Positions 9,246-18,775 of a stretch of 64,000 nt of DNA are shown in pieces. The translations under genes were made by a program, and so were the position numbers. Below the pieces are notes generated by a model that searched no databases, was not told the origin of the DNA, and saw only the letters and a program-made list of their open reading frames with translations. The DNA is taken from the NCBI GenBank assembly GCA_944393245.1, contig CALXZM010000003.1, positions 103,838 to 167,837 of the forward strand, written 5' to 3'. The DNA comes from an uncultured Alphaproteobacteria bacterium (lineage in GTDB: Bacteria > Pseudomonadota > Alphaproteobacteria > Rs-D84). Every line of letters starts with the position of its first letter. Within the stretch, counting starts at the first letter, position 1.

Positions 9246-11750
9246 ATGAAATCGAAATATATTTTGGCTGCGGTTGTGTGTTCGGGTGCGTTGGCATTGG
9301 CGTTTGATTCATGGGGGCTGACAACCACGGCAAAAAAACAGTCTGCGATTCAGCAGGGGACAACTGTTCGTACCAAGGTACAGGCCACGGGGCTGTATGA
9401 TCAGGCATGTTATGATGCTTATTTTGGTTGTATGGACCAGTTTTGTATTACTGATAATGCCAGTGGTGGTGCATGCAATTGCAGTGATGATGTAAATCAA
9501 TATAATGCAGAATTGGCCGCCATAGAAGATATATTGGATGAAGCGAATCGTTTGCGTACCGAAGAAATAGACCGTATCAAGGCCGGGGCTGATGCTGATA
9601 TTGTGTTTTCTGGTGAACGCAGATATGACGAAGATGGGAATGTTTTATATGATGGCGAATTGAGTGCAGCAGAAGAAAAAGAACAAAAACGTGCGGACCT
9701 GTTGGCTGTCTTTAATACAAATTTATATTCTGAATCAGAAGAAGAGGTTACCACGCAAAGTATAGCCGATATGACCGGACGTGCGTTATATAATGCTGCT
9801 AATGAATTATGTATGGCCCAGATTCCTGATTCCTGTGCGGGGGATATAGTATTTTTACAGCAATTGTATTCGCGCCAAATTGTATCTGATTGTTTGGGGT
9901 ATAAAAATTCTTTGGCGCAACAACGTACAAAGGCTGAAAATGAATTACATGCTGCCGAATCCGAAGTTCGGGTCGCCTTACAGGAAAGCCTGGAAAGTTC
10001 CAACAAGTACGATTTAGGTCAGTGTATGGTTGAATTCAAAAAGTGTATGCAGACCACAGATGCCTGTGGTGAAAATTGGGAAAATTGTGTTGCTGAAATT
10101 GCGGCTGAAAATATGCAGGCAAATGATGATACGCAAAAATTGGTTGCATATACCGTAACCGATGATACGGAAACGTTTGGTCTGGCGCAAAGTACATTGG
10201 ACAGTTTGAATAACAAGCGACCCATTTGCGAAAATGTTTTGGACCAATGTGTTGCCGTGCGTAACCAGGTATGGCCCAGTTTCCTGCGTGAAGCGGCCCC
10301 AACAATCAAGGTGGCCGAAGACCAGGCAGAATCAAAATTCCGTCAGTCTTGTTTGACGTCGATTTCCGACTGTATACAAAATGCGTGTCGCGATGATATT
10401 GCGGGCAAGGGTGTTGCCACAATGGATGCATGCTTGTCACGCCCAGATATGGCGCGCAGTTTTTGCAAGGTCGAAATTGAACCCTGTGAACGTATGGAAC
10501 CACTGATTTGGGGGTATGTCGAAGATAAATTGGCCGCCATGCGGGTTGATGCATGTACCCAGGAAGTCAAAGACTGCTTTACCGCGGATACACGGTGCGG
10601 GCCTAATTTTGAAAATTGTATCGGTATGGATTACGAATATATTCATGACATTTGCCCGATTGACAGCCTGGTTGTGTGCAAGGCAAATAATCCGGCATTT
10701 TCCATGGATGATTTGGACGATATGTTAATGGGACTGTATTTGAATATTGATAATTCGATGATGGAACAGTGCCAGAATGTTGTCGATCAAAAAATGGCTG
10801 AAATTTGTGGCAGTACAACCGACTGTAACAGATTTGCGGCCGATGATACAATTGGCACCGGATCACTGCGCAGCCAAAAGGACGGGGACGTTTATCGCGT
10901 AACTGGCATGATATCATTTGGCAGCATAATAATGGGTGACAGTGATGGCGAAACTATCACTGATGAAGATGGTGAAACCGTGCGTTTAGGACCAGGCGAA
11001 ATCGGGGTTGGCGAATATATCGCCAAAATCCGCGAAAATAACAAAGATGTTCCAAATGCAGATGCCATTATCACCACAATAGAAGAAGAATTAAATAATA
11101 TCGCCGGTACTATTAACCGTACCATTGAAATGATTGAACAAGATCCTGAAATTCAATATTGTGTTAATGGACGCGATTTGTCCCAGATTACAGGCGAAAA
11201 GGGGGCCGCAACCACTGGACGTTTCCCGAATTTGTTAAATCAAGTCAAAATGCAAATCGCGACATCTGCACTGCGACAGGCACAGGATAACTATAATAAT
11301 AAATTAAATACCGCCATTGCAGAAGCAACGCAAAATGCTTCCACTGATTTGGCTCAATATATGTGCCAGAAAATAGCAGAAAATGGTGGCGCGGGCGGCA
11401 CATCGGTAAGTGCATCTACACCACTGACGACACCATATTCAATCAGTTATGACGTTGGGGCTGGATTATCAACCGAAGATTTGGCCCAGGGCGGCGCAGG
11501 CGTTTTGCAGGCTGATGGCGTAACGTTTACAAACAAAGGCTATTTGGGCGGTTCCAGTATGAATGGTGGCGGTATAACAAAAACTGTTCGTGCGATATTT
11601 AGTCGCGATACCAGAACGTGCCGTATTTGCACACAAACTGTTACACAGGATTGCAAAACATCGGGCAGTGTCAGTTGGTTCCACAATAATCGTAACACCA
11701 GTTGCACAACCAACGCGTCCGAAGAAGTGTGTGAAGATATTGTTATGTAA
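9246..11750 (+). CDS. Large secreted Cys-rich coiled-coil protein, family member 3 (~834 aa). Tail ...CEDIVM
   Basis: Start chosen at MKSKYIL (GAGAG RBS); alternative ATG at 9228. Motifs ACYDAYFGCMDQFC...CNCSD, ACGENWENCV, PICENVLDQCVAVRNQV. Hairpin terminator 11753-11786. Confidence 0.65.
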   Translation: MKSKYILAAVVCSGALALAFDSWGLTTTAKKQSAIQQGTTVRTKVQATGLYDQACYDAYFGCMDQFCITDNASGGACNCSDDVNQYNAELAAIEDILDEANRLRTEEIDRIKAGADADIVFSGERRYDEDGNVLYDGELSAAEEKEQKRADLLAVFNTNLYSESEEEVTTQSIADMTGRALYNAANELCMAQIPDSCAGDIVFLQQLYSRQIVSDCLGYKNSLAQQRTKAENELHAAESEVRVALQESLESSNKYDLGQCMVEFKKCMQTTDACGENWENCVAEIAAENMQANDDTQKLVAYTVTDDTETFGLAQSTLDSLNNKRPICENVLDQCVAVRNQVWPSFLREAAPTIKVAEDQAESKFRQSCLTSISDCIQNACRDDIAGKGVATMDACLSRPDMARSFCKVEIEPCERMEPLIWGYVEDKLAAMRVDACTQEVKDCFTADTRCGPNFENCIGMDYEYIHDICPIDSLVVCKANNPAFSMDDLDDMLMGLYLNIDNSMMEQCQNVVDQKMAEICGSTTDCNRFAADDTIGTGSLRSQKDGDVYRVTGMISFGSIIMGDSDGETITDEDGETVRLGPGEIGVGEYIAKIRENNKDVPNADAIITTIEEELNNIAGTINRTIEMIEQDPEIQYCVNGRDLSQITGEKGAATTGRFPNLLNQVKMQIATSALRQAQDNYNNKLNTAIAEATQNASTDLAQYMCQKIAENGGAGGTSVSASTPLTTPYSISYDVGAGLSTEDLAQGGAGVLQADGVTFTNKGYLGGSSMNGGGITKTVRAIFSRDTRTCRICTQTVTQDCKTSGSVSWFHNNRNTSCTTNASEEVCEDIVM

Positions 11751-11873
11751 ATAAATATCCCGTCACAATGGCGGGATATTTTGTTATGTGGGTGGGGGGG
11801 CAGAAAAATTCCTAGACATTTTATGAAATAAATGTGATATTATATATGCGTAAACGAACAAAAGGGGTAATAC

Positions 11874-12242
11874 ATGAAAAAAATTTCCATTTTTGCTGCT
11901 GTTTGCACATTGGTTGGCGGCGCGGCAATGGCTGATTTTCAGCCGAATAATCCACATCAGGCGGGTGGCTTTGTCGGTGGAAACGAGGCTATTGTTACAG
12001 TAAAGCAGGTAAAAGAAATGCGTGATGATGTTCCAGTTATTGTCCAGGGACATATCGTTCAGCGTATGGGCGATGAAAAGTATTTGTTCGAAGACGCAAC
12101 CGATTCAGTTACTGTTGAAATAGATGACAAGGATTGGCGTGGTCAGACAGTTACACCGTCAGATACGGTTAAATTGTATGGCGAGGTTGATGCCGGCATG
12201 TTCAAAACAGAAATTGATGTCGGTTATGTTGAAAAATTGTAA
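11874..12242 (+). CDS. BOF (YgiW/YdeI) family periplasmic OB-fold protein
   Basis: Signal peptide plus the conserved ...FEDATDSVTVEIDDKDW...KLYGEVD... core typical of the YgiW/YdeI OB-fold family. Terminator hairpin 12243-12273. Confidence 0.7.
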   Translation: MKKISIFAAVCTLVGGAAMADFQPNNPHQAGGFVGGNEAIVTVKQVKEMRDDVPVIVQGHIVQRMGDEKYLFEDATDSVTVEIDDKDWRGQTVTPSDTVKLYGEVDAGMFKTEIDVGYVEKL

Positions 12243-12296
12243 TAAAAAATCCCGCCAACCGCGGGATTTTTTAGTTACTGGTTATTCGTGGCTTGT

Positions 12297-13192
12297 ATAT
12301 ACCCTGTCATTGCGAGCGTAGCGAAGCAATCCATTATTTACCTTTGTGTTCCATAATGTGTCGCTCGGGTACTGCGTACCCTGTGCGTATCCTCGTATTT
12401 GTTCAAACTGCGCAATTGCTTGTTTTCACATACTCGGATTCATCGCGAGTGAAACGAAGCAATCCAGTAAATATGCGCGACTTTGATTATAAATGGATTG
12501 CCGCGCCACTAACGTGGCTCGCAATGACAAGGTTGGGTGCATAATTGTATTATTATCACAGATATTACGAATTGTGTCATTGCGAGCGTAGCGAAGCAAT
12601 CCATATGCTGTTACCCGTTATTTGTAAGTCGTATGCCTTTTGTAATTGCAAGCAACGCGAAGCAATCCCTTCTTTATCATCGTGTTCCATACTGCGTACC
12701 CTGTGCGTATCCTCGTATTTGTTCAAACTGCGCTATCGCTTGTTTTCACATACTCGGATTCATTGCGAGCCACATTAGTGGCGTGGCGATCCAGGGTTGC
12801 AATATGTCACGCGTCGCGCGGACAATATTTACTGGATTGCTTCGCTACGCTCGCAATGACAAATAGATTTATGGCACAGCATATACTTATTTATGGGGCA
12901 TTTGGTGTTGTACCTTTCAAATATTTTTAATATCTCAGTATAACAATCCTAATATACTTACCCGCACCCAACTTTGTCATCGCGAGCCACGTTAGTGGCG
13001 TGGCGATCCAGGGTTGCAGTATGTCGCGCGTCGCGCGGACAATATTTACTGGATTGCTTCGCTACGCTCGCAATGACAAAGGAAAGACACAAGTCACGAA
13101 TAGCTAGCCATGGGTAACTAGTAAACGTATCTGGATTGCTTCGCGTTGCTCGCAATGACAAAGGAAAGACACAAGTCACGAATAGCGAGCCA
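12297..13192. repeat. Cluster of nested short palindromic repeat elements (MITE/REP-like): ~10 copies of a 27-bp core GTCATTGCGAGCGTAGCGAAGCAATCC in both orientations, plus two ~80-bp and two ~95-bp duplicated units
   Basis: Core at 12305-12331, 12575-12601, variant at 12642-12668. Reverse copies 12834-12860, 13051-13077, 13132-13158. Partials at 12445-12465, 12516-12528, 12761-12771, 12976-12988. 80-bp unit at 12372-12450 and 12692-12770. 95-bp unit at 12766-12862 and 12983-13079. Confidence 0.8.
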
Positions 13193-13254
13193 ACGGCACA
13201 GGTAACGGTGGTGGTCCGGCGGTAAAGAAAAATCCCGCCAGTTGGCGGGACGTT

Positions 13255-15954
13255 TTATGATGCGCATTTATTATTAGAAAATTGTACTTCTACCTTGCGG
13301 CAATTTTTATCATACTTGCTGGTGCTGTTACATTGGGTCGAACCAACACCGCTGGCTGTTATGTTTGACGCGGACAGCCCACCAGATACCAGTGCATTTT
13401 TAACCGCATTTGCACGTCGTTCGGATAGTGGCTGATTTATTGCATCGGTACCGCTGTTATCTGTGTGACCGGTAACGGTAATACAATAATCTGTATTGGT
13501 GCCAACCTGGGCTTTAACGTCTGTGACAAAGGTGTTCAGAACACTTTGTGCATCGGATGTTAAATCTGACGAGTTCAATTCAAACAGGTTGCCTGCATTC
13601 AATGTAATTGTTGGAATTTCGACAACTGGTTGAAGAATTTCGGTTATTGCGGGAATCGTCTGCTTTGTAACGCATTGACCCTGGGCATTGATTTCGTGTG
13701 TTGCGGTCGGGCAGTGGCATTTTGGTGTTGCGTCACTGCTTAAAGTATATCCGTCGGTGCAACTGCAATCACCGGTGTTCGGGTCAACGGTGACGTGTCC
13801 GGCGGAAGTATCACATTTTGCCGTTACGGTTGGTGCTGTAGGGGTAACACACGTATTGTTTTCACCGGGTAATGTTCCGTCTGGACAGTCACAGGTGTTA
13901 TTCACAGAAACCATATCGCCGGGACAGGATTCGCACATATTTGTATTTGCGTTATGTATGTATTTTGTGTTTGTGCATACGCAGTTCGGATATGTTCCAG
14001 TTGCGTCAGACGGACATTTAGCCGTAGATTCAGCGTCCGGCAATTTTGCGGTATTGTCGCGTAATTTCTTTAATGGTTCATATTTTGCCAGAATTTCGTC
14101 AGAACTTTCGCGGGGTTTGTCACCAACATAGTTCGTTAAAACATTGCCGGCAATCCCAACCAATGCACCTGCACCGGCAACAATCGCACCCGTCGTTAAT
14201 TGCGATGCTGTTTCCGCACGCTGCGCCGCCCATTCTGCCGCATCCGAACCAGTCGGATTGGACAACGCACGCGATATTGACGCATAGGCACCATCGGTTA
14301 TACCAGTCGATACATTGTCATATAATCCAGATGTTGCCGCATCCAGAATAACTTCGGATTCTATACCAGGGGCCATCCCCAGGGACTCTTTACGCGTTTT
14401 TAAATCTGCCGCCAATGTCGTATATTCGTTATATATTGGCAATAATACGTTTGCACCGGGTAAAACGATTCCTGTTTCACCACCAGTAATGGTCATGCCC
14501 GCACCATAATCGCATTTGAATGTTGCCAGATATGCCACCATATCACGTTCTGCGTCCGCATCAGCATTTTGTTCGGCCAGTGCGGATGCAACCTGCATTC
14601 CGCCAATACCCATTGCACCCATTGATGCGCCACCAACCATGCGGTTTGCCAACGATTGTTCACGTTCACGCATCGCATCGGCGTTTTCCTGTAATTCCGC
14701 GATTTGCTTTTGGGCATCTGCCTGGGACAGGGTCGGTTCGATGCAAGATTTTTTATCATTGCTGATGCTGTATCCGTCGCGACAGGCGTCTATAATACAT
14801 ACCTCAACCCCGGCGGTGGAATCGTATTCACGATGTGCAGATGTAGCATTTTCCGGCATCGGACTGCAATTGCCAGATATAGCAATACATTTGCCGTCCG
14901 ATACTTCGTACCCGGCATCGCATTCAGTTGCGTGACAGACGCCAAGCTTTAGCTCACCGGCCGTTGCGTGTTCGATTTGTTGAACTTGGGCGTCGGTACA
15001 GGGACCTTCTCTGACATCACAGGCGGTGCCAGCATCGTTTAGTAAATATCCATTGTTACACTTTTTAATTTTGCATTTTAGTGTATTGTTTTCCCAAACA
15101 TATTCGGATTTTGATGCATTTGCATCGGTTGCGGTGCATTCCTTGCCAACCTGGTCGACACATTGTGCAGTATTTCCTGTTCCAACCAATTTGTAACGGT
15201 CAGATTCACATTCGGTTGGGTAACAACCATTATCTTTGTCAGTTCTTGGCTCTGCTTTTTTGGCATGTAACTTTTTTAATTGTTCGGGACCACAGGCAAT
15301 AGATATTGCAGCGGGCAAGTTTTCTGTTTCCGCTTCTAATGTTACTGTTATAGAATTATCTGTTTTTGATATTGGAACATTTTTTGTTTTATAGAAGGCA
15401 AAAGAAATTTCCAACTCTGTTACGTCGTTTGGAACATTTATAGAAAATTTACCATCATTGTTTGTATATGTATAATCTGAATTATTCAGTTTTTGGTTAT
15501 CTGGCTTAACTATTTTGACGGTGGCACCCGGCATAGGGGTGTTATCACTATCATATACCGTGCCGGTAATTAAATACGTCGCCGATGCAGATGAATTAGC
15601 AGAATCTGTCGCGGTTGATGCAGGTGTTGTGTCGGGTGTGGACGTTGAAGCATCTGAATCAGTAGTTAGATATCCGTATGCACAACGATGCCCAATTCCA
15701 GTATAAGTACATTCATAATATTTGCCATTGGCTTCTATTGAGCATGTCAACAATTCACACTCTATGGATGCATCCAGAACAGCGGATAGATCTGTACCAG
15801 TTAATTGATTTGTATTCGCTAAATCTGAGATATACTTACATAATTCTGATTTTGGTTTGGATAAATTGTCCCCCTGACAATCGGGGTGTGTTGTTTGGCC
15901 GAATGCGGGCAGGGCGAATAATACTGCAAAAAATCCGAACAAATACTTTTTCAT
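13255..15954 (-). CDS. Large exported OmpA-family protein: signal peptide, carboxypeptidase-regulatory-like domain, Cys-rich repeats, C-terminal OmpA peptidoglycan-binding domain
   Basis: N-terminal MKKYLFGFFAVLFALPAFGQ. YLITGTVYDSDNTPMPGATVKIV... CarbopepD_reg-like. Repeated C..C..GY......C modules. C-terminal TGHTDNSGTDAINQPLSERRANAV motif of OmpA_C. Terminator on the minus strand at 13224-13254. Confidence 0.75.
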   Translation of the reverse strand: MKKYLFGFFAVLFALPAFGQTTHPDCQGDNLSKPKSELCKYISDLANTNQLTGTDLSAVLDASIECELLTCSIEANGKYYECTYTGIGHRCAYGYLTTDSDASTSTPDTTPASTATDSANSSASATYLITGTVYDSDNTPMPGATVKIVKPDNQKLNNSDYTYTNNDGKFSINVPNDVTELEISFAFYKTKNVPISKTDNSITVTLEAETENLPAAISIACGPEQLKKLHAKKAEPRTDKDNGCYPTECESDRYKLVGTGNTAQCVDQVGKECTATDANASKSEYVWENNTLKCKIKKCNNGYLLNDAGTACDVREGPCTDAQVQQIEHATAGELKLGVCHATECDAGYEVSDGKCIAISGNCSPMPENATSAHREYDSTAGVEVCIIDACRDGYSISNDKKSCIEPTLSQADAQKQIAELQENADAMREREQSLANRMVGGASMGAMGIGGMQVASALAEQNADADAERDMVAYLATFKCDYGAGMTITGGETGIVLPGANVLLPIYNEYTTLAADLKTRKESLGMAPGIESEVILDAATSGLYDNVSTGITDGAYASISRALSNPTGSDAAEWAAQRAETASQLTTGAIVAGAGALVGIAGNVLTNYVGDKPRESSDEILAKYEPLKKLRDNTAKLPDAESTAKCPSDATGTYPNCVCTNTKYIHNANTNMCESCPGDMVSVNNTCDCPDGTLPGENNTCVTPTAPTVTAKCDTSAGHVTVDPNTGDCSCTDGYTLSSDATPKCHCPTATHEINAQGQCVTKQTIPAITEILQPVVEIPTITLNAGNLFELNSSDLTSDAQSVLNTFVTDVKAQVGTNTDYCITVTGHTDNSGTDAINQPLSERRANAVKNALVSGGLSASNITASGVGSTQCNSTSKYDKNCRKVEVQFSNNKCAS

Positions 15955-15971
15955 ATTTATTGTTGCAAACT

Positions 15972-17759
15972 TTAACGCGATGATGATACGCTACGTGTTG
16001 ATCCTGGGCGTTGTTTTAGCGTTAGTTGGCTTTGGGGTGTTGCCTTGGCTTTTTCCCGTATAGCAGAGTCATCAACAGGTTGTAGTAGTCCATTTAACTC
16101 TTGATTTATTTTCAATTCTGCATTTCTTAAATCTTGTTCCATTTGTTTATCAACTTCTGCATTTGTTTGTGCGAATTGTTCGGCAATTGATTTATCCGAT
16201 TCTTCTTTTTGTTGTTCCAATTTATCCGTATCTATGTCATGTAAAACATCACCATCTTTATCAGGGTTATTCCCCCCCCCTGTATCGCCCGGTATATCGG
16301 GAACTTCGACAGTCATGTTTTCCACTTCGGTGGTTATTGCAGCCAGGTCTGCTTCTGTTTCGGCGTCCATTTGTTTGTCAGTGGCATCGCTTGTTTTTTT
16401 GGCATTTCGTTCAATTTTTTTCTCAGATTTACGTGTGTCTACCTGTTTTTCATCGATTTCTTGTGGGGTATAGTTTTCGTCGTATTCCTCTTGGGCATCT
16501 TTTAATGCCTTGTCAGCCTTTTGCCGGTCAATTGCACGGTCAATCGCGCCGGATGTTATTGCGCCCGCCGCAACACCCAAACCAGATCCCAATAATGCAG
16601 ATGATGCAGATGATTGTGCGCGTGTTAAGCGGTATGCGTTTTCCATAAATGTTGTGACGTCAATGCCAAACCAATTGGGTGTACAATCAAATGTGCCACC
16701 CGCATATAACTTTTTAGATGCAAACAGTGTTGTGTCATCGCCCGCATAGAATTCAACAGTGTATACGCATGTAAATGTGCGTTCATCAAATGTCGCCCCC
16801 AGTGTTTGACATTGGGCAATCATGTCATCGCGTAATTCGTACAGGCGTTGTTCGTCGCGCTGAATTTGTTCTTCGGCGTCAACGCGCAGATTGGCAAATA
16901 CCTGCATCGCGCGCGATGCCAGGCCACTGTCCTGTTGTATGCAATTGTCTGCAATTGTTTTGCATTTTGCGATTGCGGCATCACCCGCGGATTTCCCCAG
17001 GCAACCGCCAAATGTTGTCCCGCATTCCGTTACAATACAATCATTATACTGGTTACCACAATTCAAAACCGCATTATATGATGCCAATTGTGCGTTCATA
17101 TCGCGGTCTGATTTTATTTCCGCGGCAAACAACCGATATTCTTCACCAGTACAGGTGGCGTCAATGGAATTGCGGCACGAATCCATTTTGTTGCCCCATG
17201 CGGTGTCGGTGTCGCCACTGCAATTTGTAAAATCGGTACCGCATTTTTCGCGCATACATGCGCGCAATCCCATGTCACACGCGTTTTGATTGCCGGTCAG
17301 TACCGCGTTCGCGGTTGTTATCGCGCTTTGTGCGTCCAATTCAGCACGTTGGGCCGCGACCAATTCGGCCAATGTTTGGGCCGATGTGTCAGTGGCAGAT
17401 GTGCTGGAATATGATAACAGTTCGTCAAATTCCGCAGATTTGTTTTCTATTTCAATCCGATCCGTTGTCGTGGTGTCATCTGTTTCCGGGGGCGTGTCCG
17501 CATTCGTTTCGGTTGTGTCCGACTGAGTGGTGTTTTGGGACGGTGTTGTTACAGTTGTTGGCATGCGGCCGGATGTGTTCGTGCGTGTCGTTGATACCGT
17601 GGGACGGGCCGAAACACTGGTGCGTGAAACAACCGCGCCATATGAATAATCAGCCACACCGCATATTGCAACCAACCCCGCGATTATCGCAGTGCGTGAT
17701 ATTTTTGTGGGTCTGAAAAAAGTTTTTTGCGTGTTATTCATTGTGTTTAATTGTAACAT
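15972..17759 (-). CDS. Secreted Cys-rich coiled-coil protein, family member 4 (595 aa)
   Basis: Signal peptide; T/S/R low-complexity; motifs ACMREKCGTDFTNC and CGNQYNDCIVTECGTTFGGC; acidic coiled-coil C-terminal half. Start codon 5 bp after the stop of the upstream family gene. Confidence 0.6.
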   Translation of the reverse strand: MLQLNTMNNTQKTFFRPTKISRTAIIAGLVAICGVADYSYGAVVSRTSVSARPTVSTTRTNTSGRMPTTVTTPSQNTTQSDTTETNADTPPETDDTTTTDRIEIENKSAEFDELLSYSSTSATDTSAQTLAELVAAQRAELDAQSAITTANAVLTGNQNACDMGLRACMREKCGTDFTNCSGDTDTAWGNKMDSCRNSIDATCTGEEYRLFAAEIKSDRDMNAQLASYNAVLNCGNQYNDCIVTECGTTFGGCLGKSAGDAAIAKCKTIADNCIQQDSGLASRAMQVFANLRVDAEEQIQRDEQRLYELRDDMIAQCQTLGATFDERTFTCVYTVEFYAGDDTTLFASKKLYAGGTFDCTPNWFGIDVTTFMENAYRLTRAQSSASSALLGSGLGVAAGAITSGAIDRAIDRQKADKALKDAQEEYDENYTPQEIDEKQVDTRKSEKKIERNAKKTSDATDKQMDAETEADLAAITTEVENMTVEVPDIPGDTGGGNNPDKDGDVLHDIDTDKLEQQKEESDKSIAEQFAQTNAEVDKQMEQDLRNAELKINQELNGLLQPVDDSAIREKAKATPQSQLTLKQRPGSTRSVSSSR

Positions 17760-17763
17760 CCCA

Positions 17764-18636
17764 TTAATTCAATAATTCGCATGCCGTATCATAGAATTCA
17801 CACAGCAGGTTTGCGTTTACCCGTTCTGATTCATATCCGTCACCGCACTTGTTCGGCATGTTGCGTTCGCATACCGTTTCAATGCATGCGTCGCGACCAG
17901 CATTGTTTGTACATGTGGCGCGCGCATCAGTCAATTTTTGTTCGCGGGCGTTTTGATAACCTGAAACCAAATTCGCAATCAGCGCATCGGCATTTTCTAT
18001 GGCGGTATCACGCGCGTTTGTTAATGTCGTGCGTATTGTTGCAAAATATGCGTCACAACCAGTTGCCTGTACACTGCAGGTTGAAAAGAAGTTATTGAAT
18101 GCGGCGTTATCTTCGCATGCGGCCCAATTCGCACCACAGCGATTCGCATCAATCATACATGCGGTAATTGATGAACGGCAACTGGATTCATTGGCCGTCG
18201 ATTTGTTTGCGTCGGCAATTGTGGCCGTCATTTGTGCACTGACGCCTGCCGCACGACAGGACTGTTCAATCAATTTATCATATACGTCGGATACATCATC
18301 CGGGGTACAACCATCAATTTTTTTTATGCACTGTTCCGTTGCCCAGACATATCGTTGACCCGGGTCGGTCGGCGCATATTCTAATTCGTCTTCGCTTAAA
18401 GTATAGCGGGCGGATGCACCCAGAGATAAACTGCGCATGCCGGTGCGTGTGGATGGTGGGGTACCCGCACTGGATGTGCCACAATACTGGCACCGCGCGG
18501 CCGGATTGGATGATACGTTTATCGCGCATACGGAATCCAGGCAACGGGTTAAATTCATTTGTGAACATGTCGCCGCAGATGCTATGCCAGGCGCAACAAT
18601 CATTCCAGATATAAAAAACAGGATGCTTTTTTTCAT
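17764..18636 (-). CDS. Secreted Cys-rich protein, family member 5 (short, ~290 aa)
   Basis: Start moved to internal MKKSILFFISGMIVAPGIASA (signal peptide, AGAGAGA RBS). Motifs CSQMNLTRCLDSVC and ACMIDANRCGANWAACED match the family core. Confidence 0.6.
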   Translation of the reverse strand: MKKSILFFISGMIVAPGIASAATCSQMNLTRCLDSVCAINVSSNPAARCQYCGTSSAGTPPSTRTGMRSLSLGASARYTLSEDELEYAPTDPGQRYVWATEQCIKKIDGCTPDDVSDVYDKLIEQSCRAAGVSAQMTATIADANKSTANESSCRSSITACMIDANRCGANWAACEDNAAFNNFFSTCSVQATGCDAYFATIRTTLTNARDTAIENADALIANLVSGYQNAREQKLTDARATCTNNAGRDACIETVCERNMPNKCGDGYESERVNANLLCEFYDTACELLN

Positions 18637-18775
18637 TTCTCTCTTTGCATAAAAGTATACCAAAAAATAATATTTACTGCAAAGCAAAATAATATGATTT
18701 ATAAAATAAACAAAATGTATTGACAAATAAATATTTTTGTCCTATATTATCAGTGTAACAAACAAAGGATTACAA

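Noticed and set aside
12293-12930. Four overlapping ORFs (65-109 aa) called in the track inside the repeat nest
   Set aside because: They are built from the palindromic repeat units (CHCERSEAIH... recurs). They have no RBS and overlap each other in different frames. These are repeat-derived, not genes.
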